From contig JAGXFW010000022.1 in the NCBI GenBank assembly GCA_024637035.1, positions 76,408 through 140,407 of the forward strand: a stretch of 64,000 nt of DNA, given 5' to 3'. How positions within the stretch are numbered: the first letter of the stretch is position 1; each line of letters opens with the position of its first letter. This DNA comes from Actinomycetes bacterium (lineage in GTDB: Bacteria; Actinomycetota; Thermoleophilia; RBG-16-64-13). Under the pieces are notes generated by a model. That model worked only from the letters and a program-made list of their open reading frames with translations. It was not told the origin of the DNA and ran no database searches. Of this stretch, positions 1-9,776 are shown piece after piece. The position numbers were made by a program, and so were the translations under genes.

Positions 1-670
1 GCGGGACCACGAAGCCGCCTTCACCCAAGACGGGCTCGGCGATGACCGCGGCGACTTCTTCGCCGCCCACGTAGTTCTTGAAGGCGTCGGAGAGAAGGTC
101 GGCGCAGGCGACGCCGCAGCCCGGGTATTCGAGGGCGAGAGGGCAACGGTAGCAGTATGCGAAGGGCAGGCGGTACACCTCAGGGGCGAACGGTCCGAAG
201 CCCTTCTTGTAGGGCATGGTCTTCGAGGTGAGCGACATGCCCATGAGGGTCCGCCCGTGGAAGGCGTCCTCGAAGGCGATCACCGCATCGCGGCCGGTGG
301 CGTAACGGGCGATCTTCACGGCGTTCTCGACCGCCTCGGCGCCGGAGTTCAGGAGTAGGGTCTTCTTCGCGAAATCACCGGGCGCCGCCGCATTCATCTT
401 CCGTGCGACTTCGATGTACGACTCGTACATCACGATATGGAAGCAGGTGTGGGAGAAGAGCGCGGCTTGATCCTGAACCGCCGCCACCACGCTCGGGTGA
501 CAGTGGCCTACTCCCATCACGCCGATGCCGGCGGCGAAGTCGATGTAGTCGTTGCCCTCTACGTCCGTGATCGTCGAGCCCTTCGCGCTCGCCGCGAACA
601 ACTCGGTCACGTTGAAGGGGCCGCGAGGCACGTTGGCGTCGCGGGCCTGCTTGAGCTCCTTGTTGGTCAT
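1..670 (-). CDS. gabT: 4-aminobutyrate aminotransferase (class III PLP), 3' end beyond window
   Basis: Manual translation from ATG at 670: MTNKELKQARDANVPRGPF...DYIDFAAGIGV...LNSGAEAVENAVKIAR...AFHGRT...EPVLGEGG; AGGAGAG RBS upstream. Confidence 0.9.
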   Translation of the reverse strand, partial: MTNKELKQARDANVPRGPFNVTELFAASAKGSTITDVEGNDYIDFAAGIGVMGVGHCHPSVVAAVQDQAALFSHTCFHIVMYESYIEVARKMNAAAPGDFAKKTLLLNSGAEAVENAVKIARYATGRDAVIAFEDAFHGRTLMGMSLTSKTMPYKKGFGPFAPEVYRLPFAYCYRCPLALEYPGCGVACADLLSDAFKNYVGGEEVAAVIAEPVLGEGGFVVP

Positions 671-758
671 CGTGCTCTCTCCTGTCTTCCGAGTGGCCTC
701 TCGTGTTCTGGGTATCTCTTGTCTTCCGGGTGTCTCTTGTCGTGCCCGTTCGTCGGGT

Positions 759-1739
759 TCATCGCCCTCTCGTCCCCTGGCTCCACGCGGCGTCCATCGT
801 GTCGAGGAGCAGTCGTGCAGCGAGGGTCGAAGTGAGTTGTGCGTGGTCGTACTGCGGGCTCACCTCCACGAGGTCTATGCCCTGCACGCGGCCGTGCGCG
901 GCCACTGCGCGGATCAGTTCGCGCCCCTCGACGTAGCTCAGGCCCCCGGGTTCCGGAGTGCCCGTGCCGGGCGCCGCCGAGGGGTCGAAGACGTCGATAT
1001 CGATCGAGAGATAGAGGGGAGCGCCGGCCGGGATGGTCTCCAGCACGGCGGCGATACCCTCGTCTCGGAATCGCGAGCATGTGATCACGTTCACGCCGAG
1101 TGAGCGCGCCTCCTCCCAGTCGGCCAAGCCGCTGTTCAGCCCGCGGATCCCAACCTGGGTCACGCCCGTCACCAACTCCCCCTCCACTGCGAGGCGGATC
1201 GGAGTGCCGTGGGCGTGACGGGGCAGGTAGGAGTCGAAGTCCATGTGGGTGTCGAGATGCACCAGATATGGTTTCGGCACGGGTCCACCGGCGAATGCCT
1301 GCAGTATCGAGGCCGTGACCGAATGATCGCCCCCCAAGCACACCGGCGTCGCGCCGGCCTCCAAGATCGCACGCACTGCGCCGGTCATCGCCGCGCGCGC
1401 CGAGTCGCTGTCGCTCGGATCGATCGGCACGTCACCGAAATCGGCTACCCGCGCGCCCACGAGGATCGCACGGCCGAGTTCGACGTCGAAGAGTTCGACC
1501 CCGCCCTCATACGAGTAGAGCGTGGAGGCGTCGCGGATCGCCCGCGGCCCGAAACGAGCGCCCGGACGGTTCGAGGTGCCTTCGTCGTAGGGGATGCCGA
1601 GGATCGCGAAGTCGAGTTCTGACAGCGAAGCCAGTGTGGTCACCGGGAGTTTGAGGAAGGTGGCGATGCCCACATAGGGCATCGAGCCCGGATGGCCGGG
1701 AAGTACGGTGGGTCCCCCGTTTGCTGGCGGTTCGCTCAT
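759..1739 (-). CDS. speB: agmatinase / ureohydrolase family
   Basis: GARFGP, GGDHS, DTHMD, SIDIDVFDP and APGTGTPEPGG motifs. Confidence 0.85.
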   Translation of the reverse strand: MSEPPANGGPTVLPGHPGSMPYVGIATFLKLPVTTLASLSELDFAILGIPYDEGTSNRPGARFGPRAIRDASTLYSYEGGVELFDVELGRAILVGARVADFGDVPIDPSDSDSARAAMTGAVRAILEAGATPVCLGGDHSVTASILQAFAGGPVPKPYLVHLDTHMDFDSYLPRHAHGTPIRLAVEGELVTGVTQVGIRGLNSGLADWEEARSLGVNVITCSRFRDEGIAAVLETIPAGAPLYLSIDIDVFDPSAAPGTGTPEPGGLSYVEGRELIRAVAAHGRVQGIDLVEVSPQYDHAQLTSTLAARLLLDTMDAAWSQGTRGR

Positions 1740-1759
1740 GTCGGTATCTTCCCCCTAGG

Positions 1760-1927
1760 AGGCTGTTGAAGATCGAAGCCTTGGCCGCCAGAACGCACTG
1801 GACGGCGCGATGCGGCGTCCTCGGTCGCGCACGTAGCGCTGCTACGTGCGCTCCCCGCTCCCTCTCGTCCTTGCCTCACGCGTGCCCATCGCGCCCTGGC
1901 GGCGAAGCGTCCATTCTTCAACAGCCT
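1760..1927. mobile_element. MITE-like / REP-like non-autonomous element
   Basis: Perfect 13-bp terminal inverted repeats AGGCTGTTGAAGA (1760-1772) and TCTTCAACAGCCT (1915-1927); internal 11-bp hairpin 1827-1851; no coding capacity. Confidence 0.65.
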
Positions 1928-1942
1928 GCTCGAGTGGCATAC

Positions 1943-1982
1943 GTCTCCAGCTGTGCACGGAGGTCTCCAGCTGTGCACGGAG
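1943..1982. repeat. 20-bp tandem duplication
   Basis: GTCTCCAGCTGTGCACGGAG x2. Confidence 0.9.
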
Positions 1983-2090
1983 ACATGACCACGGTATCAA
2001 GAAGAGACCGGCTGTTCGGTTGTTGGAATGCACTCGTTTGCGGGCGGGCGCTATGCTTCGCCACATCGGTTGTGCCGGAGTCGGGGCGGT

Positions 2091-2504
2091 CTACCCCGGT
2101 GTGCCCGTGGAGGGCCCGAGAATCCGTTTGATCTCGTTCAGCAGCATGTCCCGGTCGAAAGGCTTCTGGAGGAACCCGGCGGCGCCCGCCTCCATGATGA
2201 TGGTGGCCTGTCGGTCCACCCGGTATCCGGAACAGAGGACCACCCGCACCGTTGGATCGATCTCGCGAAGCAGCTCGAAGGTGTGAAACCCGCTCACGTC
2301 CGGCATGATCATGTCGAGGAGGACAAGATCGAAGCCGAGAGTGTCGGAGGTGAACGCATCGACGGCTTCCTTGCCGCCTTCGGCTTCTACCGTGGCGAAA
2401 CCCATGGCAGCCAACCAGCGGACATAGAGTCGCCGTATCGGCGCCTCGTCGTCGACCACGAGCACGCGGCCTTTCAGGACCCCTGCGTCGACTTCGGCGC
2501 TCAT
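2091..2504 (-). CDS. single-domain response regulator receiver
   Basis: VLVVDDE, LLDMIMPD (phospho-Asp), QKPF; start uncertain (2504 or 2582). Confidence 0.85.
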   Translation of the reverse strand: MSAEVDAGVLKGRVLVVDDEAPIRRLYVRWLAAMGFATVEAEGGKEAVDAFTSDTLGFDLVLLDMIMPDVSGFHTFELLREIDPTVRVVLCSGYRVDRQATIIMEAGAAGFLQKPFDRDMLLNEIKRILGPSTGTPG

Positions 2505-2754
2505 GGGCGGCACCCAGCATTCAGGGGGGTCTGTGTCAGACCTCGTCCACGCACGTTCGTTTGAGACTGTGGTTTCATTCACACAGAGTATATCGCTCTT
2601 CGGGGCCGGTGTTCCGCGTGGGGACGAAAGGCAATGCGGACTTCCGACCTTGTTGGCTTCGGTGAGTTTCTAGTAAACTCCAGGCCCGTCTTCGGGTGGT
2701 TTCCGCACGGGCCGGGATTCCCGGAATGGCACGGTCGTCGAGAGTTCGGAGAGA

Positions 2755-4446
2755 ATGATGCCCAATCGCAGCGATCAAGTGACACAGGGTCCGGCGCGGG
2801 CGCCGCACCGATCGCTGTTCCGCGCCCTGGGCCTCGATCCAACTGACACAGCCCGCCCTATCATCGGCGTGGCGAACTCGTATAACGAACTCATCCCCGG
2901 TCATATGCACCTTCGTTCCATCGCCGAGCAGGTGAAGTTCGGCGTCTGGCAGGGGGGAGGCATCCCTCTCGAATTCAACGTCATCGGCGTCTGCGACGGC
3001 ATCGCCATGAACCATATCGGCATGAACTATTCGCTGGTCTCTCGCGAGACCATCGCCGACTCCATCGAAATCATGGCTCAAGGACACGGTCTCGACGGAC
3101 TGGTGCTCATCCCTAATTGTGACAAGGTCGTGCCGGGCATGATCATGGGCGCCGCCCGCATCGACGTGCCTGTCGTCGTGGTCTCGGGTGGGCCGATGCT
3201 CGCCGGCGACTTCCGCGGCAAGAAGGTCGATCTGAAGGACGTCTTCGAAGCCGTGGGCCAGTTCTTCAACGGCACCATCGACGCGGACGACCTGGCCGAG
3301 CTCGAGGAGTCGGCGTGCCCGACCTGTGGTTCATGCGCCGGCCTGTTCACGGCCAACTCGATGAGCTGCCTCACCGAGATCCTCGGCCTGGCCTTGCCCG
3401 GTGATGCTACGATCCCGGCCCCCTTCTCGGCCCGCCTCGGGCTCGCCCGCCGATCGGGAGCTCGGGCCGTCGAAGTGGTGCGACAAGGCTGGGGCGCTCG
3501 CCGCTTCCTCACCCCGGCATCGCTTCGCAACGCGCTGGCCATCGACGCGGCTCTCGGCTGCTCTACGAACACGGTTCTCCATCTGCTTGCGATCGCCGAC
3601 GAGGCGGGTGTCGACTTGCCCATGAGTGCCTTCAACGAGGTCACGGGCGTCACGCCGCACATCGTCAAGCTGTCGCCCTCGGGCCCCGATCACATGGAAG
3701 ATCTGCACAGGGCCGGCGGCATCATGGCGGTGGCCAAGCGTCTCGCGGAGGGCGGGCTCATCGACGGCTCGGTGCCCACGGTCTCCGCGGACTCTCTAGC
3801 CGATCAGTACTCTGTCGCGACCATCCGCGACGATGCGGTGATCCGGCCGCTCTCCTCCCCCCACTGCGCCACGGGAGGGCTGGCGGTGCTCTACGGCAAT
3901 CTCGCTCCCCGCGGGGCCGTGGTGAAGGAGGCTGCCGTGCTCCCGAGCATGCTCGAGCATGTTGGGCCGGCGCGCGTGTTCGACGATGAGCGCAGCGTGG
4001 TGGCGGCCATCGAAGCGGGTTCGATCAAGCCGGGTTCGGTCGTGGTTATCCGCTACGTCGGGCCGAAGGGTGGGCCTGGCATGCCTGAGATGCTCACTCC
4101 CACGTCGGCGCTGGCCGGCGCCGGTCTAGACGACAGCGTGGCTTTGATCACGGATGGGCGGTTCAGCGGAGCGAGTCGGGGCGCCAGCATCGGCCACGTG
4201 GCCCCTGAAGCCGTCGATGGGGGCGTCATCGCTCTTGTGGAAGACGGTGACACGATCCGCATAGACATCCCAGCGCGCACGGTGACCCTGGACGTCTCAG
4301 ACTCCGACCTGGAACAGAGGAGAACGGCCTGGATACGCCCCGAGCGGAAGCTCACGGGCGTTCTGGCCCGATATGTAACCCAGGTCTCCGGAGCCGACCG
4401 CGGGGCCGTGCTCACGCACGGTGGTCCCGACGCGGTCGAGCGCTAG
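2755..4446 (+). CDS. ilvD: dihydroxy-acid dehydratase
   Basis: VCDGIAM, NCDK, CPTCGSCAGLFTANSM, GPGMPEML, TDGRFSG. Confidence 0.97.
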   Translation: MMPNRSDQVTQGPARAPHRSLFRALGLDPTDTARPIIGVANSYNELIPGHMHLRSIAEQVKFGVWQGGGIPLEFNVIGVCDGIAMNHIGMNYSLVSRETIADSIEIMAQGHGLDGLVLIPNCDKVVPGMIMGAARIDVPVVVVSGGPMLAGDFRGKKVDLKDVFEAVGQFFNGTIDADDLAELEESACPTCGSCAGLFTANSMSCLTEILGLALPGDATIPAPFSARLGLARRSGARAVEVVRQGWGARRFLTPASLRNALAIDAALGCSTNTVLHLLAIADEAGVDLPMSAFNEVTGVTPHIVKLSPSGPDHMEDLHRAGGIMAVAKRLAEGGLIDGSVPTVSADSLADQYSVATIRDDAVIRPLSSPHCATGGLAVLYGNLAPRGAVVKEAAVLPSMLEHVGPARVFDDERSVVAAIEAGSIKPGSVVVIRYVGPKGGPGMPEMLTPTSALAGAGLDDSVALITDGRFSGASRGASIGHVAPEAVDGGVIALVEDGDTIRIDIPARTVTLDVSDSDLEQRRTAWIRPERKLTGVLARYVTQVSGADRGAVLTHGGPDAVER

Positions 4447-4555
4447 GCGGGTCGACCCTTCGAGGGTCAGGTCGTGCAGATCTCCCGTCTTTGATCCCGG
4501 TCCGAACGGGCCCTCTGTCGTCACCTAGAAACCGAGACACGAGGCATACCACACG

Positions 4556-6253
4556 ATGAACGGAGCCAGAGCCATACTCGAATCACTCCGACGCGAAGGC
4601 GTCGACGTGGTGTTCGGCTATCCAGGCGGCAGCGTCATACCGCTGTACGACGCTCTCTACGATTTCGAGATCGACCACATACTCACCCGACACGAGCAGG
4701 GCGCGGTGCACGCTGCCGACGGCTACGCCCGGGCGTCCGGCAAGGTGGGGGTGTGTATCGCCACGTCGGGACCGGGGGCCACGAACCTCACCACCGGCAT
4801 CGCGAACGCGTATCTCGACAGCGTGCCTCTTGTGGCCATCACCGGCCAGGTGCGCACGAACCTCATCGGCACGGACGCGTTCCAGGAAGCCGACATCCAC
4901 GGCATCACCCTGCCGATCGTGAAGCACAGCTACCTGGTCAAGAACGCCGCCGATCTGCCTTCCGTGCTCCATGAGGCGTTCTACATCGCCAGGACCGGTC
5001 GTCCCGGGCCGGTCGTCGTGGACGTTCCCGTCGATCTGACTATCGCCGACGTGGAGTACGACCCCGATGCCGCGCAGACGATCGATCTGCCCGGGTACCG
5101 ACCCACGGTCAAAGGTCACCCCAAGCAGATCAAGGCAGCGGCACAGGCTATCGCCGAGGCCGAGCGCCCCGTGATCTTCGCGGGCGGAGGCGTGATCTCT
5201 GCGGGCGGAGCCGAGCAGCTGCGCGAGCTGGCTTTCTACGCACATATCCCTGTCACCACCAGTCTCACCGGCATCGGCTCGTTCCCCGAGGACAACGAGG
5301 AGTTGTCGTTGGGCATGCTCGGCATGCACGGTACGCGCTACGCTAACTACGCGGTCACCAATTGCGACCTGATCCTGGGTGTGGGCGTTCGTTTCGACGA
5401 CCGCGTCACGGGACGGATCTCGGCGTTCGCGCCGAGTGCCAAGGTCGTGCATATCGACGTCGACCCGGCTGAGATCTCCAAGAACGTGGCGGTGGACATA
5501 CCCATCGTGGGCGACGCGAAGCGGGTGCTCGGTGACCTTCTGGCGCAGCTCAAGAAGCACGAACTCTCGCCCGAGCGGCATCTGCCGTGGATGCGGCAGG
5601 TGGCAGATTGGAAGAAGTCGCACCCCATGACCGTCCGCCCGGAAGAGGACGGGGAGATCATGCCGGAGTTCGTGGTCAAGACCATCTCCGAGATCACCAA
5701 GGGTGAAGCGATCATCTGCACCGAAGTGGGGCAGAACCAGATGTGGGCGGCCCAGTACTCGCAGATCACGCGGCCGCGGCACTTCATCTCCTCGGGCGGC
5801 CTGGGCACCATGGGCTTCGGATTCCCGGCGTCCATCGGCGCGAAGATCGCCCGTCCCGATGCCACGGTGATCGACATCGCCGGCGACGGCTCGTTCCAGA
5901 TGAACATCCAAGAACTGGGCACGGCCATGAACTACCACATCCCGGTGAAGGTGGTCATCTTGAACAACCAGTACCTGGGCATGGTGCGCCAGTGGCAAGA
6001 CCTGTTCTGGAACAAGCGCTACAGCTCCACGTGCATCGCGTGCCAACCGGACTTCGTCAAGGTGGCTGAGGCATATGGAGCGCAAGGGTTCCGGGCAACG
6101 CGTGCAGACGAGGTGGAGGAAGTGCTGCGCACGGCGTTCGCCTCAGACGAGCCCGCCGTCATCGACGTGCGGGTGAAGCGCGAAGCGAACGTGTGGCCCA
6201 TGGTGCCCGCGGGCGGGGCGATCGACCAGATGTTGGGGGAGGGGGACCGATGA
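4556..6253 (+). CDS. ilvB: acetolactate synthase large subunit
   Basis: FGYPGG, RHEQGA, TSGPGATN, SGGLGTMGFG, GDGSFQMN...NN ThDP motif. Confidence 0.97.
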   Translation: MNGARAILESLRREGVDVVFGYPGGSVIPLYDALYDFEIDHILTRHEQGAVHAADGYARASGKVGVCIATSGPGATNLTTGIANAYLDSVPLVAITGQVRTNLIGTDAFQEADIHGITLPIVKHSYLVKNAADLPSVLHEAFYIARTGRPGPVVVDVPVDLTIADVEYDPDAAQTIDLPGYRPTVKGHPKQIKAAAQAIAEAERPVIFAGGGVISAGGAEQLRELAFYAHIPVTTSLTGIGSFPEDNEELSLGMLGMHGTRYANYAVTNCDLILGVGVRFDDRVTGRISAFAPSAKVVHIDVDPAEISKNVAVDIPIVGDAKRVLGDLLAQLKKHELSPERHLPWMRQVADWKKSHPMTVRPEEDGEIMPEFVVKTISEITKGEAIICTEVGQNQMWAAQYSQITRPRHFISSGGLGTMGFGFPASIGAKIARPDATVIDIAGDGSFQMNIQELGTAMNYHIPVKVVILNNQYLGMVRQWQDLFWNKRYSSTCIACQPDFVKVAEAYGAQGFRATRADEVEEVLRTAFASDEPAVIDVRVKREANVWPMVPAGGAIDQMLGEGDR

Positions 6254-6735
6254 AACACACGCTCTCCGTGTTGGTCGAGAACAAACCGGGCGTGCTCAAC
6301 CGGATCTCCGGGCTGTTCGCTCGGCGCGGATTCAACATCGACAGTCTTGCGGTGGGCGAGACCGAAGATCCGAAGTACTCGCGCATGACCATCACGGTCG
6401 ACGGGCAGGATCAGCCGCTCGAGCAGGTCACGAAACAATTGCACAAGTTGATCAACGTGATCAAGATCACCGACCTCGACCCCGCGACGAGTGTCGATAG
6501 GGAGCTGGCCCTGGTGAAGGTCAAGGCCAGCGCGGACAACCGTTCCGAGATCATGCAGATAGTCGAGATATTCCGGGCGAAGATCATCGATGTGTCGAAG
6601 ACGATGCTGGTGATCGAGGTGACGGGCACGCGGGAGAAGGTGGTAGCGATCATGAAGCTCCTGCGCCCCTTCGGCATCGTGGAACTGGTGAGAACGGGCC
6701 GAGTTGCCATGAGTAGGGGGACGGAACTCACGTAG
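6250..6735 (+). CDS. ilvN: acetolactate synthase small subunit
   Basis: MKHTLSVLVENKPGVLNRISGLFARRGFNI ACT domain; ATGA overlap with ilvB. Confidence 0.96.
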   Translation: MKHTLSVLVENKPGVLNRISGLFARRGFNIDSLAVGETEDPKYSRMTITVDGQDQPLEQVTKQLHKLINVIKITDLDPATSVDRELALVKVKASADNRSEIMQIVEIFRAKIIDVSKTMLVIEVTGTREKVVAIMKLLRPFGIVELVRTGRVAMSRGTELT

Positions 6736-6837
6736 CACGCAAAGGTGTGGCGGGGGGCCGCGTCGTCGTCGCGCGGGGCCCGGTAGAAAGACCAGGCGAA
6801 AGCAGTATCACTCACACGATTCGGCAGGGAGGACCAT

Positions 6838-7836
6838 ATGTATTACGACAAGGACGCCAGCCTCGAGCTTCTGCAAGGGAAGACCGTGGCCGTGATCGGT
6901 TTCGGCAGCCAAGGCCACGCTCACGCCCAGAATCTCAACGATAGCGGAGTCTCGGTAGTGGTGGCCGAGAAGGAAGGTTCGCCAGGATGGAAGCGAGCGC
7001 AGGACGCCGGTCTTGAGGTTCTGCCTACCGCCGAGGCGGCCGCCAAGGGCAGCATCGTGATCATGTTGGTGCCCGACCAGGATCAGAAGATCATCTACGA
7101 GCGCTTCGTGCGCGACAATCTGTCTGAAGGCGACATGCTCATGTTCGCCCACGGCTTCAACATCCACTTCGGCCAGATAGTGCCTCCTGCCGGCGTGGAC
7201 GTGGCCATGGTGGCGCCCAAAGGCCCCGGCCACCTCGTGCGCCGCATGTACGTCGAAGGCGGCGGTGTTCCAGGCCTGGTGGCCATCCATCAGGATGCGA
7301 CAGGCAAGGCCAAGGATCTCGCACTGGCGTATGCCAGGGGCATCGGCTGCACCCGGGCCGGCGTGATCGAGACCACCTTCGAGGAGGAGACCGAGACCGA
7401 TCTCTTCGGCGAGCAGGCCGTCTTGTGTGGCGGCTGTTCCGAACTGGTGCGCGCGGGCTTCGAGACTCTCGTGGAGGCGGGGTATCAACCCGAGATCGCA
7501 TACTTCGAGTGCCTGCACGAACTCAAGCTGATCGTGGACCTCATGTACGAGCACGGCATCAGCGGCATGCGCTATTCCGTTTCGGATACGGCCGAGTACG
7601 GTGACGTGACCCGTGGGCCGCGCATCATCAACGAGGACACGCGCGACGAGATGCGGCGCATCCTGGGCGAGATCCAGTCGGGCGAGTTCGCGCGCGAGTG
7701 GATACTCGAGAACCAGGCCGGCCGCCCGGTGCTCAATGCCCTCACGCGGCAGTCCGCGGGCAGCGAGATCGAAGTGGTGGGCAAGAAGCTGCGCGGCATG
7801 ATGAGCTGGATCTCCGGGGGCGGCGCGTTGGAGTAG
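6838..7836 (+). CDS. ilvC: ketol-acid reductoisomerase
   Basis: [34 protein letters not shown]. Confidence 0.97.
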   Translation: MYYDKDASLELLQGKTVAVIGFGSQGHAHAQNLNDSGVSVVVAEKEGSPGWKRAQDAGLEVLPTAEAAAKGSIVIMLVPDQDQKIIYERFVRDNLSEGDMLMFAHGFNIHFGQIVPPAGVDVAMVAPKGPGHLVRRMYVEGGGVPGLVAIHQDATGKAKDLALAYARGIGCTRAGVIETTFEEETETDLFGEQAVLCGGCSELVRAGFETLVEAGYQPEIAYFECLHELKLIVDLMYEHGISGMRYSVSDTAEYGDVTRGPRIINEDTRDEMRRILGEIQSGEFAREWILENQAGRPVLNALTRQSAGSEIEVVGKKLRGMMSWISGGGALE

Positions 7837-8021
7837 CGGCCCCTTTCGAGGCGGGAAGGCCAGCTGCCGGAACGCCACCGCTCGTCGCCTGACCCGCGTA
7901 CAACGATGGGACTGTACAGCCGTACAGTCCCATCGTATGCTTGTCGTCCAGGGGTGCCTGAAAACCGGCCGTTCTCGTTCCGATCGCCCGATCGGCGAGG
8001 GTCATGGGAGGGAGTCAAAAG

Positions 8022-9626
8022 ATGGCTGCAGCGAGTGGCAAAGCCCGCGTACTTGTGAAGGAGAAGATCTCGGCCACGGGCATCGAGCTGCTGCGTGAGC
8101 AGTTCGATGTGGATGTGAACACCGACATGACCGACGCGGAGCTGAAGGAGCGCATCAACGACTACGACGCGTTGATCGTCCGGTCGGCCACCAAGGTCAC
8201 GGCCGACATCCTCGAGAGCTCCACGAGATTGCGCATCATCGGCCGGGCGGGTTCCGGCGTGGACAACATCGACGTGAAGGCCGCCACGAAGAAGGGCATC
8301 GTCGTGGCGAATGCGCCGGAGTCGAACGCCATGGCCGCGGCTGAGCACGCTGTGGCTCTCATGATGGCGCAGGCTCGTCAGATCCCGCAGGCGCACGCCT
8401 CCTTGAAGGCGGGGAAGTGGGAGCGCTCGAAGTTCGGTGGAGTGGAACTCACCGGCAAGACGCTCGGGCTGATCGGCCTCGGCCGTATCGGCATGATCGT
8501 GGCACAGCGCGCCAAAGGCCTGCGCATGGACGTGATCGCCTACGACCCCTACGTGGCGAGCGACCGCTTCCGTGAGAATGGGCTCGAGCAAGCCGTCGAT
8601 CTGGATGCCGTGTACGCCAAGGCAGATTTCATCACCGTGCACCTTCCGAAGACGCCCGAGACCCTGGGCATCGTCAACGACGAGGCGTTCGCCAAGATGA
8701 AGGACGGCGTGCGGATCGTCAACGCGGCGCGCGGTGGCATCGTCGATGAAGACTCATTGGTCCGGGCTCTGCAGTCGGGCAAGGTGGCCTCGGCCGGCCT
8801 CGACGTCTTCACCCAGGAACCGCCGCCTGCCGACTTCCCGCTCCTTGCGTTCGACAACGTTGTCGCTACACCACACCTGGGCGCTTCGACGGAGGAGGCT
8901 CAGGACAAGGCCGGCACCATGATCGCCGAGCAGGTGGCTGCTGGGCTCTTGGGCCAGTTCGTGTCGAACGCGGTGAACATCCCCTCGGTCTCGGCCGAGG
9001 ACATGGAGGCCGTTGGGCCGTTCCTCCATCTTGCGGAGACGGTCGGCAAGCTGATCATGGCCCTTGCCGATGGCCCCGTGGAGGAGTTCACGGTGCAGTA
9101 CGAGGGTCAGATCGCCGAGCAGGACACCCGCTTGCTCACGATCGCCCTGACCAAAGCGCTGCTCGAGGGCCGCGTTGAGGATGTGGTGAACTACGTCAAC
9201 GCACCGTCTATCGCAGAAGAGCGCGGTCTCAAGATCCTAGAGGTGAAGGATCGTCGCTCCCGTGATTTCACGAACCTCATCACCCTGAAGGCCAAAGGTC
9301 CGAAGGGCGAGTTCTCGGCGGGCGGCACCACTTTCGGGCCGAAGCACAGGCCGCGACTGGTGCAGGTGTACGGCCACGACATCGACATCGAGCCGTCGAA
9401 GCACATGGCGTTCTTCCGCTACGAAGACGTGCCGGGCATGATCGGACGCGTGGGCACCGTTCTCGGATCGCGTGGCATCAACATCGCGTTCATGAACGTC
9501 GGCCGCAAGAAGACTGAAGGCGCCGCCATCATGGGCGTCGCCTTGGACGATCGGATCCCGCAGGCCGTGCTCGACGAGATCCGCGCGCTGGAAGGCTTCT
9601 CTGAAGCTCGGGCGGTCGAACTGTAG
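8022..9626 (+). CDS. serA: D-3-phosphoglycerate dehydrogenase (with ASB and ACT domains)
   Basis: RAGSGVDNID, GLGRIG, NAARGGIVDE, TPHLGASTEEAQ, C-terminal ACT. Confidence 0.95.
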   Translation: MAAASGKARVLVKEKISATGIELLREQFDVDVNTDMTDAELKERINDYDALIVRSATKVTADILESSTRLRIIGRAGSGVDNIDVKAATKKGIVVANAPESNAMAAAEHAVALMMAQARQIPQAHASLKAGKWERSKFGGVELTGKTLGLIGLGRIGMIVAQRAKGLRMDVIAYDPYVASDRFRENGLEQAVDLDAVYAKADFITVHLPKTPETLGIVNDEAFAKMKDGVRIVNAARGGIVDEDSLVRALQSGKVASAGLDVFTQEPPPADFPLLAFDNVVATPHLGASTEEAQDKAGTMIAEQVAAGLLGQFVSNAVNIPSVSAEDMEAVGPFLHLAETVGKLIMALADGPVEEFTVQYEGQIAEQDTRLLTIALTKALLEGRVEDVVNYVNAPSIAEERGLKILEVKDRRSRDFTNLITLKAKGPKGEFSAGGTTFGPKHRPRLVQVYGHDIDIEPSKHMAFFRYEDVPGMIGRVGTVLGSRGINIAFMNVGRKKTEGAAIMGVALDDRIPQAVLDEIRALEGFSEARAVEL

Positions 9627-9690
9627 TAGAACGGGAGATCGGTCCGGCGTCGACCTGAGTCGCGCCTCGGACCGCAGCTGACATCAGAAG

Positions 9691-9720
9691 AGAAGGGGCC
9701 CCGATTGCGGGCCCCTTCTT
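9691..9720. terminator. hairpin between convergent serA and SMC-like gene
   Basis: AGAAGGGGCCC...GGGCCCCTTCT inverted repeat. Confidence 0.7.
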
Positions 9721-9776
9721 CATCGTCATCGCGCCGCAGGGTGCCGGCGCCGCCCCTTCCGGGCCAGGCTCTTCGT

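Noticed and set aside
2690-2715. T-box-like GGGTGGT upstream of ilvD
   Set aside because: Lacks the GGTGGNACCGCG consensus, a stem I and a terminator
4583-6085. Long antisense ORFs (also 33786-35255, 36985-38379, 60023-61216)
   Set aside because: Shadow frames of well-supported genes, expected in high-GC DNA
7860-7975. ZMP/ZTP or glycine riboswitch upstream of serA
   Set aside because: Consensus motifs not found; only a simple hairpin
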